NCBI GenBank assembly: GCA_963741955.1
Contig: CAVUKB010000005.1
Span: 288,001 to 352,000 of the forward strand
Direction: 5' to 3'
Length of the DNA: 64,000 nucleotides
DNA from: an uncultured Acidobacteriota bacterium
GTDB taxonomy: Bacteria > Acidobacteriota > Thermoanaerobaculia > Gp7-AA8
Positions within the stretch are counted from its first letter, which is position 1; every line of letters starts with the position of its first letter. This document shows positions 1 to 9,708 of the stretch, piece by piece. The notes beneath the pieces are model-generated. The model was not told the origin of the DNA and made no database searches. It worked only from the letters and a program-made list of their open reading frames with translations. Position numbers and translations under genes: made by a program.

Positions 1-1233
1 CCGGTTCCTGATATTCGCCGCGGAGAAGTAACGGGGGTCGACCAGATCGCTCTCGATGAACGCGCCCGGGACGCCGGTCCGCTCCTCGATCTGCCGCAGC
101 ATCAGCAGCTGCCCCACGCTGAACGAGTTGCAGCTCTTCACACTGTTGATCAGGAATCCGTCCGCCGAATACTCGCGGACGTAGCGCTCGAGGAGTTCGA
201 CCCGCGACGGGAGTCCGAGATTCGTGTAGCAGCCGAGGCAGTAGTCGGCGAGCGTCTCCAGAGGATGGTCGGGGTCGTGACGGAATCCCCGGTCGTACAG
301 ACCTCCCACTTTCGTGTAGCTGCTCGCGACGACGACCGCCCCTTCCTCGTAGAACATCTTCCAGAACTCCCGGAAACTGGTCCAGTTCGGAGGCCCTTCC
401 ACCACCAGCCGGTATCGCTCCTCCGCCATCGGACCATCGGGAGTGATCGGGCCCACTCCAGCTGCGATGCGTGCTTCGACTTCCTGGCGCAGCGCGTCGT
501 AGTAGGCAGAGCCCTCCTCCGTTCCGCGGAACGCGGTGAACATCGGGCCGATGTAGTAGACGCCTCCGAAGTACGCATCGATGGGCGAAGGCGTCGCTTT
601 CGCGCTCTCCAGAATCCACACCAGATCGTCTTCGGCACGCGCCGAGAGCCTGAGCATCCCACGCAGTCGATCTTCGTCGAAGGGACGTCCGCTCACTTTC
701 TCCAGCGCGGGAATCACTTCACGGACCAGCTGGTCGGTGACGTACGCGCGCTGATGCGGGTGGATGCTCCCGTCGGCCTGATACGGAACGTGGAGCATCA
801 CCACCGGGCAGTCGTACTCCTCCCGCAGCAGCTCGAACCACTTCATGAACGTGAAGCATCCGGTATACGAAAGAAGGAGGAGATCCGGAGGCGGCAGGCG
901 CTTCCCCGTCGGCCCGATGTTCCCCTTCTTCATCATTCCGACGTCGCACTTCACGTACGTGCATACGTCTTCACTGTGACCCTGCTTCTCCGCTTCGGCG
1001 ATGTACTCGCCGGAGAGTTTCCGCATCCCGGACTGCAGAACATTGATCTCCGGGAAGACCGGCAGGAGATCGAACGAGCGAATCAACTCGTTCAGGTTTC
1101 CCGGGACGAAGGTGTAGACGACCTTTCGATTCTCCTCGGGGGCGCGAGCGAGCGCGTCGAAGTGATCTGCCAGCATCTGCTTCTGCAGCAGCATGCTCGG
1201 TTCTTTCCGGATGTCGTTCGGCCGTGCGGTCAT
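1..1233 (-). CDS. bcrB: Benzoyl-CoA reductase subunit B (class I, ATP-dependent), 3' end beyond the window
   Basis: Not in the ORF track because it runs off the edge. Manual translation from ATG 1233, which overlaps the bcrC stop: MTARPNDIRKEPSMLLQKQMLADHF...VYTFVPGNLNEL...SEDVCTYVKCD...YTGCFTFMKWFE...NSVKSCNSFS...ESDLVDPRYFSAANIRNR. Typical BcrB/BadE motifs. Confidence 0.92.
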   Translation of the reverse strand, partial: MTARPNDIRKEPSMLLQKQMLADHFDALARAPEENRKVVYTFVPGNLNELIRSFDLLPVFPEINVLQSGMRKLSGEYIAEAEKQGHSEDVCTYVKCDVGMMKKGNIGPTGKRLPPPDLLLLSYTGCFTFMKWFELLREEYDCPVVMLHVPYQADGSIHPHQRAYVTDQLVREVIPALEKVSGRPFDEDRLRGMLRLSARAEDDLVWILESAKATPSPIDAYFGGVYYIGPMFTAFRGTEEGSAYYDALRQEVEARIAAGVGPITPDGPMAEERYRLVVEGPPNWTSFREFWKMFYEEGAVVVASSYTKVGGLYDRGFRHDPDHPLETLADYCLGCYTNLGLPSRVELLERYVREYSADGFLINSVKSCNSFSVGQLLMLRQIEERTGVPGAFIESDLVDPRYFSAANIRNR

Positions 1234-2402
1234 GCTTCGCTCCAGAGGCGGATGGAATCGGAGAACGTCCCCGCCTGCTCGCGGATCACCGCGAACTGCC
1301 CCGTATCTTCCGAGTACTTGAGCTCCGTGTGTGGAATCGACTCCCGGTCGAGCGCAGACATCAGGATCGGCTGCTCGAGGAGTGCCGGGTCGCAGAAGCT
1401 CGGTGCGCAGAAGATCACCCCTTCCGCACGGTCACGACGCACCGAGTCGACCAGCCAGCGCGCGCGGTTCCCTTCCGGCGCGTACTTCGACGCGGTCGCG
1501 ATCGAGGTCGAGAGCGTCGCCGCGACGAGACTCTCGATCAGATCGCCTTCCGTAGAAACATCGGAGGTGAGCCACCGGAGCCCGAGGAGGAGATCGTCGT
1601 TCACCACCCAGCAGCCGGCGCGCTCGAGAGTGACCAGGAGTCCGTGCGGCGGCTGCTCGCAGAACGTGCCGACCACCACCACCCGGCTCAGATCCTGTTC
1701 TTTACGGTCGCCGGCACGAGGCGCTTCCTCCAGATACGACCGGATCATCTCCGTGTGCTCCTCGGGAGGAATGAGGTTCCCGGCGCGGAGGATGAGATAG
1801 ACCTCGGAGAGCGGATAGAGCCAGGGAGTGCGCGTGCGCGCGTCGTAGAGTTCACGGATCGCACGACGGTTCACGTTGTAGACCTCGATGCTCCGACGAA
1901 GCGCTTCGTCTTCGATCCGGTGTCCCGCTATCGCACCGAGCTCCTCGCGCAGCGTCTGAAGCTCGGAACGCCAGAACTCGCCGCCGATCTCGGGATCGAA
2001 GTTCTGCGGGACGTCGATGTAGCGGACGTAGCGATCGGGGAAAAGCATCGACCACATCCCGGAGAGGTTCCGGATCACGTCGCAGATCGACGGAAAGAGC
2101 ATTCCGTCGAGAACGTCGAGTCTCCTCGAGAGCGCCATCTCGATGGTGCTTCGAGGGATTCTGCAGATGTAGCTTTGAAAGTACGCGTCCCCGCGGATGA
2201 TCTCCAGCCGGTCGCCGCCTCCCATGATTCCGACCGGGAGCATTCCCGCAGCGTGAATCAGTTCGCGCGGCACCCAGATCGGCATGTGTCCGATCGCACC
2301 GGCACCGCGATGGCGTTCCTTCCACCCGCGGACCGACATCAGGTCGACGTCCTCGTAGAGCATACGGGCACGTTCGACGACCTCGCGAAGTGCGGCGGTC
2401 AT
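1230..2402 (-). CDS. bcrC: Benzoyl-CoA reductase subunit C
   Basis: GDAYFQSYICRIPRSTIE, FPSICDVIRNLSGMW, APSFCDPALLE and EQAGTFSDSIRLW; 2-hydroxyacyl-CoA dehydratase-like BcrC family; context with oah and had. Confidence 0.92.
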   Translation of the reverse strand: MTAALREVVERARMLYEDVDLMSVRGWKERHRGAGAIGHMPIWVPRELIHAAGMLPVGIMGGGDRLEIIRGDAYFQSYICRIPRSTIEMALSRRLDVLDGMLFPSICDVIRNLSGMWSMLFPDRYVRYIDVPQNFDPEIGGEFWRSELQTLREELGAIAGHRIEDEALRRSIEVYNVNRRAIRELYDARTRTPWLYPLSEVYLILRAGNLIPPEEHTEMIRSYLEEAPRAGDRKEQDLSRVVVVGTFCEQPPHGLLVTLERAGCWVVNDDLLLGLRWLTSDVSTEGDLIESLVAATLSTSIATASKYAPEGNRARWLVDSVRRDRAEGVIFCAPSFCDPALLEQPILMSALDRESIPHTELKYSEDTGQFAVIREQAGTFSDSIRLWSEA

Positions 2403-2448
2403 GCGGCTCCTCCTTCGAGGACGCCACGATCCGGTGATCTCCGAAGGG

Positions 2449-3552
2449 TCATGAAACGACTTCCTCCGTCTTCCGGACCCACGGCGCGATCTCTTCGATC
2501 AGATCCTCGCCCCAGGCCGCGCCTTCCGCGAGCCGCTGGCGCAGCCGGATGAAATCGACTTCGCGCTGCTGCTTCGTACCGTAGTGAAAGGCGCGGAATC
2601 CCGCGTTCGCTTCGGTCATCATGTTCAGCGAGAGCCAGGCGCGGTTGGTCTCGCGGTTGCGGTCCCAGTGCTCGAGCTTGTGCTTTCGAACGCTCTCGAT
2701 CGTTTTGATCAGGCAGTCGGGCATGGTGTAGAGAAGCTTCGTGGTCATCGAGTCGACGGCCTGGTCGAGGAGGGTCAGGTCCACGGTGCCGCGTGCGAGA
2801 AGGGTTTTCCCTTCGTCGCGGGCCCGGCCTTCCTTCGGTTCGCCGTAGACCAGGCGCCCGTGCTGATCCAGAAGGCGGTCGGTGTAGACTAGAGGGTTCG
2901 CCATCCACTCGCCATCGACCCGCAGGACCGGGACGATCTCGGTCAGTCCGCCCATCCAGTAGAAACGGTGGGCGCTCCAGATCTGGCAGAGGGTGGCGCT
3001 GTACATGGCGCGCTCGATTCCCACGAAGAGAGGGAGGAAGTCGGTCGATCCGCCGTCGGGCGCCGAGCCGTGCTTCGGGCCGGCCTGACTGAAGATCGCC
3101 AGATCGCTGGCGATCGAGAAGTCACAGGCCATCCCGATCTCCTGCCCTCCCCCGACCCGCATGCCGTTCACGCGTGAGATCACCGGCTTGTCGCACTGGA
3201 GGATCGAGGTGACCATGTCGTTGAAGAGGCGCATGTACTGGCGGTATTCGCCGGGGTGTCCCGCGTACTCTTCTGCGTACTCCCGCGTGTTCCCGCCGGC
3301 GCAGAACGCTTTGTCACCGGCACCAGTGAGGACCACCGCCACCGCAGCGCGGTCGTTGCTCGCCGCCCGCAGCGCGAGGATGATCTCCTTGACCATCTCC
3401 GTCGTGTAGCTGTTCATCTCCGACGGGTTGTCGAGTGTGATCCAGATGTTGCAGAGACCGTCGACGGGAAGCCCCTCCCGATCGAGGACGGGACGTCGCG
3501 AGATGGAGATGTGCGCGGGAGTTAGATCCGCTACCAGATCGTGATTCTTCAT
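2449..3552 (-). CDS. oah: 6-oxocyclohex-1-ene-1-carbonyl-CoA hydrolase (ring-opening, crotonase family)
   Basis: WITLDNP..NSYTT, FCAGGNTREYAEEYAG, RVNGMRVGGGQEIGMACD, GPKHGSAPDGGSTDFL, WLSLNMMTEA. Confidence 0.92.
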   Translation of the reverse strand: MKNHDLVADLTPAHISISRRPVLDREGLPVDGLCNIWITLDNPSEMNSYTTEMVKEIILALRAASNDRAAVAVVLTGAGDKAFCAGGNTREYAEEYAGHPGEYRQYMRLFNDMVTSILQCDKPVISRVNGMRVGGGQEIGMACDFSIASDLAIFSQAGPKHGSAPDGGSTDFLPLFVGIERAMYSATLCQIWSAHRFYWMGGLTEIVPVLRVDGEWMANPLVYTDRLLDQHGRLVYGEPKEGRARDEGKTLLARGTVDLTLLDQAVDSMTTKLLYTMPDCLIKTIESVRKHKLEHWDRNRETNRAWLSLNMMTEANAGFRAFHYGTKQQREVDFIRLRQRLAEGAAWGEDLIEEIAPWVRKTEEVVS

Positions 3553-4673
3553 TCGAACGACTCCTTCGCTGCTGCACCGGCCACCGCGAGCGGCTGCTCC
3601 GTCCGTCTGGGGACGACGATCGCTCGGCGGCGCAACTGATGATTCTTCGCGGCTTCGAAAAGGGAGGGGAGGTCTTCCAGCGCGTGCAACTCGACGTACG
3701 GCGCGATTGCGACCTTCCCGTCGAGCACGAGGGCCAGAGCACCGGGGTAGTTCTCCGGAGCGCAGCCCCAGTTCCCCCGCATGCTGGCGTCGAGCGCCAT
3801 CAGGTTCGAGAGCCGGAGTGAGATCTTCTCCGCCGTGTATCCGACCACCGCGAGGTATCCGCCGAAGTCGAGGAGCGAGAAGGCCGTCTCCTGACCGGCT
3901 TTCGTCCCGCTGGTCTCGAAGATCTTCGATCCGATCAGCCCTTTCCCGGTCGCCTTCGCGAGCCCCCGGATCCTGCTCTTCATCTCCTTCGGATCGCCCT
4001 CCTTCGCGTTCAGAGCCAGCGATGCGCCGTGCCGCGTCGCGAGCTGAAGACGTTCGTCGTCGACGTCGATCGCGACCACTGCGGCTCCGGTCGCGGCGGC
4101 AACCTGGACTCCAAAGCCGCCCACTCCGCCCACCCCGACGAAAATTGCGACGTCGGTCTCGCCGAGGCCCGCCCGGAGCACCGCCTCGTAAGGAGTGGTG
4201 ACCGCGTCGGCGACCACGGAGAGCATCTCGAGGGTCAGGCCTGCAGGAAGAGTGTCCGGAACCGGACAGAGACCGCGCGCCGGCACCATCACGTGGGTCG
4301 CGAATCCTCCGTCACCGTCGTTCCCCGGCATGAACTGGTTGCGGCAGATGGTGGGACGCCCGGCGAGACAGGGAAGGCAGGCCCCGCACGGAATGACGGC
4401 CGGGACGATGACGCTCTTTCCCACCCACTCCCGCGCGCCTTCTCCGGCGAGGACGACTCTCCCCGCGATCTCGTGTCCCGGAACCAGCGGAAGGGGGTGC
4501 CGGGTCGGGACGCCGTCGAACGCGAACCCGATGTCGGTGTGACAAAGGCCGCATCCCGCGACTTCGATCACCACCTGATCACGGCCAGGGACGAGCGGCG
4601 CGAGCTCCTCGAGCTCGAGCGGGTTTCCCACGCTCTTCAAACGGAATCCGAAAGCTCCTCGAACGGATGACAC
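3549..4673 (-). CDS. had: 6-hydroxycyclohex-1-ene-1-carbonyl-CoA dehydrogenase (Zn-dependent MDR)
   Basis: GCGLCHTD, GHE and CxxCxxC motifs, QFMPGNDGDGGFATH, VVADAVTTPY, GNWGC; GGAGGAGG SD before a GTG start. Confidence 0.88.
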   Translation of the reverse strand: MSSVRGAFGFRLKSVGNPLELEELAPLVPGRDQVVIEVAGCGLCHTDIGFAFDGVPTRHPLPLVPGHEIAGRVVLAGEGAREWVGKSVIVPAVIPCGACLPCLAGRPTICRNQFMPGNDGDGGFATHVMVPARGLCPVPDTLPAGLTLEMLSVVADAVTTPYEAVLRAGLGETDVAIFVGVGGVGGFGVQVAAATGAAVVAIDVDDERLQLATRHGASLALNAKEGDPKEMKSRIRGLAKATGKGLIGSKIFETSGTKAGQETAFSLLDFGGYLAVVGYTAEKISLRLSNLMALDASMRGNWGCAPENYPGALALVLDGKVAIAPYVELHALEDLPSLFEAAKNHQLRRRAIVVPRRTEQPLAVAGAAAKESFE

Positions 4674-4924
4674 TTCGATCCCTCCTCCGGATGACGGGAT
4701 CGCTGCGCTCGAAAACGAGATTCTTTCCTCGAGAAGCCGCGGTCCCGACGATTGATCCTGCGGGTCCTGGAATGGCCGCTTCCCGGCCGAGCCATTCCGA
4801 GTTGAAAGCCTGCCAAACTGGTCAGATTTCCCTTTCTGTCAGTCTAGGAGGCCCCCCCGCCTGGAGTCGTGATGTTGGTCACCCGAGATCGTGACGCATG
4901 GCGAGTCGAGGTATCCTCCCCGCC

Positions 4925-5818
4925 ATGAAGCCCCTCCGCCGTTCGTACTTCCGAGCCTTCGTCGTGGTCACGCTGCTGGCCGGGAGCACTCTTTTCTGGG
5001 GAACGGCCGTGCTCGCAGTCGGGCTCTTCAAGTTCCTTCTCCCCACCGGAAAGCTTCGGACCCGGGCCGTACTTCTCATGGCCCGCCTCGCCGATCGCTG
5101 GTCGCGTACCAACAACGGAGTGATCGACCGCCTCCTGCCAACCCGCTTCGACATTCGAGGAGTGTCGGGACTGAGGAAGGACGGCCGTTACCTGATCATC
5201 TCCAACCACTGCTCGTGGACGGATATCCTCATCCTCTACCGCACCCTCGGGGAGAGAATCCCGTTCCTCCGTTTTTTCATGAAGCGCCAGCTCTTCTGGT
5301 TCCCGTTGATCGGGCTGGCCTGCTGGTCGTTCGAGTTCCCGTTCGTCCGGCGCTATTCGCCCGAATACCTCGCCCGCCATCCGGAGAAGCGGGCCGAAGA
5401 CATCCGGACCACACGCCGCGCGTGCCGCCGCTTCGCGCGGATTCCGATCTCTCTGCTGAACTTCGTCGAGGGGACGCGATTCACTCCGGAAAAGCATGCG
5501 AAGCAGGAGTCACCGTACCGGAATCTGCTGATCCCCCGAGTCGGGGGCATCGCGCACGCACTCTCCGCGGCCGGACCGGTGGTCGATCAGATTCTCGACG
5601 TGACGCTCGCCGCTCCCGGTTCGAGGCTGCACATCGTCGACTTCGTGAGCGGCGCCATCCCTCTGATCGTGGTCGACGTCCGGCCGATGGAGGTTCCACA
5701 GGAGCTCACGACCGAGTCGGTCACCGAGCCGGGCGCGAGCCGCAATCAGCTCCGCTCCTGGATCGAGTCGATCTGGAGCGAGAAAGACGCGCTGCTCGAG
5801 GAGATCGAGGGGGAGTGA
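4925..5818 (+). CDS. Acyltransferase, PlsC/YihG-like
   Basis: NHxSWxD motif, RFFMKRQL, FVEGTRF, PYRNLLIPR; TATCCT lies 7 nt before ATG 4925. Confidence 0.85.
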   Translation: MKPLRRSYFRAFVVVTLLAGSTLFWGTAVLAVGLFKFLLPTGKLRTRAVLLMARLADRWSRTNNGVIDRLLPTRFDIRGVSGLRKDGRYLIISNHCSWTDILILYRTLGERIPFLRFFMKRQLFWFPLIGLACWSFEFPFVRRYSPEYLARHPEKRAEDIRTTRRACRRFARIPISLLNFVEGTRFTPEKHAKQESPYRNLLIPRVGGIAHALSAAGPVVDQILDVTLAAPGSRLHIVDFVSGAIPLIVVDVRPMEVPQELTTESVTEPGASRNQLRSWIESIWSEKDALLEEIEGE

Positions 5819-5920
5819 GAGAGGGGGCGAGAGGCGAGAAGCTGTCCGACAGGTCAGACCTGTCGGACGAGTCTGACCGGTCGGACGGCCCTCTCGCCTG
5901 TTGCCTGTCGCCTCCCTCTC
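5819..5920. repeat. Intergenic palindromic element (GTCCGAC/GTCGGAC core inside GAGGCGA/TCGCCT arms)
   Basis: gtccgacaggtc-a-gacctgtcggac hairpin flanked by complementary gaggcgaga and tctcgcct arms. Confidence 0.5.
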
Positions 5921-5966
5921 TTCTGAGGCCCGTCCTGGCGCGCTATTCGCGATACGATTCGCCGCC

Positions 5967-7385
5967 ATGGAGCATCCGCACGAGACCAGTCCCTGGTGGG
6001 TCCTCGCCGCCGTCGGCGTCGGCACGTTCATGTCCGCACTCGACGGCAGCGTCGTCAACACCGTCCTTCCCGTGCTCCGCACCGACCTCCACACCACCGT
6101 GGCCGGCATCGAATGGGTCACCACCGTATATCTCCTCGTGGTCAGCGCGATCCTCCTCGGCGTCGGCCGCGCCGGCGATCTCTACGGACACAAGAAGATG
6201 TACCTCGCCGGCTTCGTCATCTTCGTGCTCGGCTCCGCTTCCTGCGGTATCTCCCCTTCGGTGGAGATTCTCGTCGGTCTGCGCGGGTTCCAGGCCCTCG
6301 GCGCCGCGATGCTGTTCGCCAACTCCCCGGCGATTCTCACCAAGGCCTTCCCCGCCTCGATGCGCGGCCGCGCACTCGGCGCTCAGGGCACGTTCACCTA
6401 TCTCGGATTGACCGTCGGACCCTCACTCGGCGGATGGCTCGCCCACTCCTTCGGCTGGCGATGGGTCTTCTACATCAACATCCCGGTCGGCGTGATCGGC
6501 ATCTGGATGGCCCTCCGCTTCATCCGCAGCGACGAGCCGGAGGGGAAGGTGGAGCGGTTCGACTGGAGCGGCGCTTCGCTCTTCACGTTCGGACTGGTGG
6601 GACTCCTCGTCGCGCTCAATCAGGGACACGCCTGGGGATGGACCTCGGCGATCACGCTCTCGATCCTCGCAGCCGCGGTCTTGGTCCTCGCGATCTTCAT
6701 CGCGTTCGAACGATCGAAGAGCGCTCCGATGCTCGACCTCTCGCTCTTCGGCTCGAAAGTCTTCAGCGCCACCAGCGCCGGCGCGCTCCTGAACTACGTC
6801 TGCATCTACGGCATCATCTTCGTCCTTCCCTTTCTTCTGATCCAGGGACGCGGCCTCGATACGCAGCAGGCCGGGATCGTCCTCACCGCGCAGCCGATCG
6901 TGATGGCCGTCGTCGCTCCGTTCAGCGGCGCCCTCTCCGACCGGATCGGTCCGCGCATCCTCGTCACGCTGGGACTCCTTCTCCTCTCGCTCGGCATCTT
7001 TCTCCTCGCACGCTTCGCCGGAGGAGGCTCGATCGGCGCCATCGCTGCGGCGCTCGCGGTCTGCGGGCTCGGCGTCGGCCTCTTCGTCTCGCCGAACAAC
7101 AGCGCTCTGATGGGCTCCGCCCCACGTCATCGTCAGGGAATCGCATCGGGAGTTCTCGCGACTGCACGCAACGTCGGAATGGTCCTCGGCGTCGGCCTCA
7201 CCGGGGCCGTGTTCACCACCATCCTGGCGCGAGGTCACGGTTCGGCCCCCGCGCTGGTCCACGGCGTGGAAGTGAGCTTCCACACCTGCGCCGCTGTTGC
7301 GCTTCTCGCCGCCGTGATCGTGTTTCTCTTCGTCCGTGACCCCGGTCGCCAACACGGGGAGATGCCCGTCCCCGGCGGCCACTGA
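5967..7385 (+). CDS. MFS drug:H+ antiporter, DHA2 (EmrB/QacA) family
   Basis: ALDGSVVNTVLP, GRAGDLYGHKK, WRWVFYINIPVG, GALSDRIGPR; about 14 hydrophobic segments. Confidence 0.9.
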   Translation: MEHPHETSPWWVLAAVGVGTFMSALDGSVVNTVLPVLRTDLHTTVAGIEWVTTVYLLVVSAILLGVGRAGDLYGHKKMYLAGFVIFVLGSASCGISPSVEILVGLRGFQALGAAMLFANSPAILTKAFPASMRGRALGAQGTFTYLGLTVGPSLGGWLAHSFGWRWVFYINIPVGVIGIWMALRFIRSDEPEGKVERFDWSGASLFTFGLVGLLVALNQGHAWGWTSAITLSILAAAVLVLAIFIAFERSKSAPMLDLSLFGSKVFSATSAGALLNYVCIYGIIFVLPFLLIQGRGLDTQQAGIVLTAQPIVMAVVAPFSGALSDRIGPRILVTLGLLLLSLGIFLLARFAGGGSIGAIAAALAVCGLGVGLFVSPNNSALMGSAPRHRQGIASGVLATARNVGMVLGVGLTGAVFTTILARGHGSAPALVHGVEVSFHTCAAVALLAAVIVFLFVRDPGRQHGEMPVPGGH

Positions 7386-7407
7386 GAAACGTTTGCCATG
7401 TTACGCA

Positions 7408-8138
7408 GTGGGTCGCGCATCCCGTGGGTCGCGCGCATGTGGGTCGCGCGTCATGTGGGTCGCGCGCATGTGGGTCGCGCGTCTCGCGCGAGGCTCCCCG
7501 GCATCCTGCCGGGGAGCGATGACGTCAACGACACGGCGAAGCGCGCCTCTCGCGCCGCGGTCCGTTCGTCTTTTCTCTCGCGGGACGATCTTCGCGTTTC
7601 GCACCGGACAGGGCGGCGCGGGACGCCACCCTGCATCGGACGGGACGTCCAACCCACATGTGGGTCGCGCGTCATGTGGGTCGCGCGCATGTGGGTCGCG
7701 CGCATGTGGGTCGCGCGCATGTGGGTCGCGCGTCTCGCGCGAGGCTCCCCGGCATCCTGCCGGGGAGCGATGGCATCAACGCCACGCGAATCGCTCCTCT
7801 CGCGCCGCAGTCCGTTCGTCTTTTCTCTCGCGGGACGATCTTCGCGTTTCGCACCGGACAGGGCGGCGCGGGACGCCACCCTGCATCGGACGGGACGTCC
7901 AACCCACATGTGGGTCGCGCGCATGTGGGTCGCGCGTCTCGCGCGAGGCTCCCCGGCATCCTGCCGGGGAGCGATGGCCTCAACGACACGCACATCCTTC
8001 CTCTCGCGCCGGAGTCCGTTCGTCTCTCTCCTGTCAGAACGATCGTCGCAACTCGCCCCAGGCAGGGCGGCGCGGGACGCCACCCTGCATCGGACGGGAC
8101 GTCCAACCCACATGTCATCGGACTGGACGTCCAATCCC
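7408..8138 (+). repeat. REP/REPIN-like array: three ~190-bp units with stuttered 15-16-bp GTGGGTCGCGCGCAT ends
   Basis: Unit runs TGTGGGTCGCGCGTCTCGCGCGA...GCTCCCCGGCATCCTGCCGGGGAGC...CAGGGCGGCGCGGGACGCCACCCTG...GTCCAACCCACA (first unit 7469-7658). Confidence 0.85.
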
Positions 8139-8277
8139 ATCCTCCCTCGACCGACCAAACAAGATGCTCCATCTCGACCACTGGGCAGAATATTCTTCGG
8201 TCTGAAGGGTGCACTTCTGCAGCATCCACTTTTCTACTACCTTGCCTTTCAGAACATTTCCGGCACTTACCACGGTC

Positions 8278-9030
8278 ATGGAGATGCTCACGGCCCCCTC
8301 TGGCACGCCTGTTGCCGTCCCCCTCACCCCGATGGGATACGACTGGCTCTCGTTCCTCGCCGAACCGTGGTTTGTGATTCCCTGGTACGCGATCGGATTC
8401 GCCGGCGCGATCTGGGTCATCTACGACGTTCTGAAGAAGAACACCCAGGTGAACACCGCGCTGAAACCGGCCTGGCCGATCATCATTTTCTTCTTCTCCG
8501 TCATCGGGATCGTCCTCTACATCTGGACGTGCCGCCCGCCCGGTATTGGTGAGAAGAGCGGAGAGGAAGAGAAGAAGGTCCACCACCAGTACGTGACCAC
8601 GACGTTTCGCAAAGTGGTGGGGTCGGCCATTCACTGTGTCGGAGGTGACGGGCTCGGAATCATGACCGCGATGGTGGTCGCACGCGTGATCCGGGTGAGC
8701 TTCTGGCAGGAATTCTGGTTCGAGTACATCGTCGGTTTCGCGTTCGGCTGGTTCATCTTTCAGGCGCTCTCGATGAGCAAGATGGCCGACAGCATCCCGA
8801 AGATGCTCTGGATGGCCGGGCGCGCCGAATTCTTCTCCATGATCACGGTGATGGCAGGGATGGGATATGTGATGTCGGCGGTCACCCCGCACGTGGTGGG
8901 CGCGCAGCCGATGCCGAATACGTTCGCATTCTGGGGATTCGGCGCGCTCGGGCTCCTGGTCGGATTCATCGCGACGTATCCGATGAATCTGTGGCTCGTG
9001 AAGATCGGATGGAAGCATGGAATGTCGTAA
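8278..9030 (+). CDS. DUF4396-family membrane protein
   Basis: HCVGGDGLG, YIVGFAFGWFIFQAL, AEFFSMITVMAGM, ATYPMNLWLVKIGWKHGM. Confidence 0.8.
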   Translation: MEMLTAPSGTPVAVPLTPMGYDWLSFLAEPWFVIPWYAIGFAGAIWVIYDVLKKNTQVNTALKPAWPIIIFFFSVIGIVLYIWTCRPPGIGEKSGEEEKKVHHQYVTTTFRKVVGSAIHCVGGDGLGIMTAMVVARVIRVSFWQEFWFEYIVGFAFGWFIFQALSMSKMADSIPKMLWMAGRAEFFSMITVMAGMGYVMSAVTPHVVGAQPMPNTFAFWGFGALGLLVGFIATYPMNLWLVKIGWKHGMS

Positions 9031-9700
9031 GACTCTCACCGCAATCGCGATTGCAGCCGCGCTCGCACTTCCTTCGACCGTCGCCGCACAGATGCCGCAC
9101 GCCTCTGCGCGCACGGTCGAAGCGAATCTCGCCACCCTGATGGACGGCGCCGCCCGGTCGCTCACGCGTGCTGCGACCGAGCTTCGAGCAGGCCACCGTC
9201 GCTCCGCGACCGCTTCGATCGACGCCGCAAACCGGATCACCCACGTCGGCACAGAAGCCTCCGTCGGTCCGGTGCGCGATGCGTTCTTCCGCGCGAAGGA
9301 GACCATCCATCGCGGACGTCAGGCGCTTCAGAACGGCGACGCGGGGCGCGCCGCGGATCTCTTCGACCAGGCAGCGCGCCAACTGGCTTTGGAGACGCGC
9401 CCCACCGGCTCGACTCCCGTTTCCCGCGAGCACCTCTGGGATCAGTTCATCGGCGCGCGACTCCTCAACGCACGTGGAGAGACCATCGGGGAGATCGTCG
9501 CGTTCGAGCGCTCCGGGGGTCAGGTCACCAGCATCCGCTTCGATGCCGGGGGCTGGCACGACGTCGGCGGCTTCATGGACTTCGGCGGCACGCCGGTCTC
9601 CCTCCCCTACGACCGGTTCGTGTTTGGCGGCCCGAAGGTGATCGGCGAGACTCTCGTCGCTCTCGCGGAGGACGTCACGGTGAAGGAACTGACCCGATAG
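9017..9700 (+). CDS. Secreted protein with helical N-region and C-terminal PRC-barrel-like domain
   Basis: Signal peptide; FIGARLLNARGETIGEI...GGFMDFG resembles a PRC barrel; overlaps the upstream gene. Confidence 0.6.
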   Translation: MECRKTLTAIAIAAALALPSTVAAQMPHASARTVEANLATLMDGAARSLTRAATELRAGHRRSATASIDAANRITHVGTEASVGPVRDAFFRAKETIHRGRQALQNGDAGRAADLFDQAARQLALETRPTGSTPVSREHLWDQFIGARLLNARGETIGEIVAFERSGGQVTSIRFDAGGWHDVGGFMDFGGTPVSLPYDRFVFGGPKVIGETLVALAEDVTVKELTR

Positions 9701-9708
9701 CTGTCGCC

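Noticed and set aside
265-2552. Long plus-strand ORFs (511 and 442 aa) and similar shadow ORFs across the window
   Set aside because: Antisense or alternate frames of well-supported genes, as expected at high GC; Arg-rich with no motifs.
7336-8552. ORFs with WVARM, VGRAH or CGSRA repeats (also 9607-10503)
   Set aside because: These are translations of REP arrays that are open in several frames; no coding signal.
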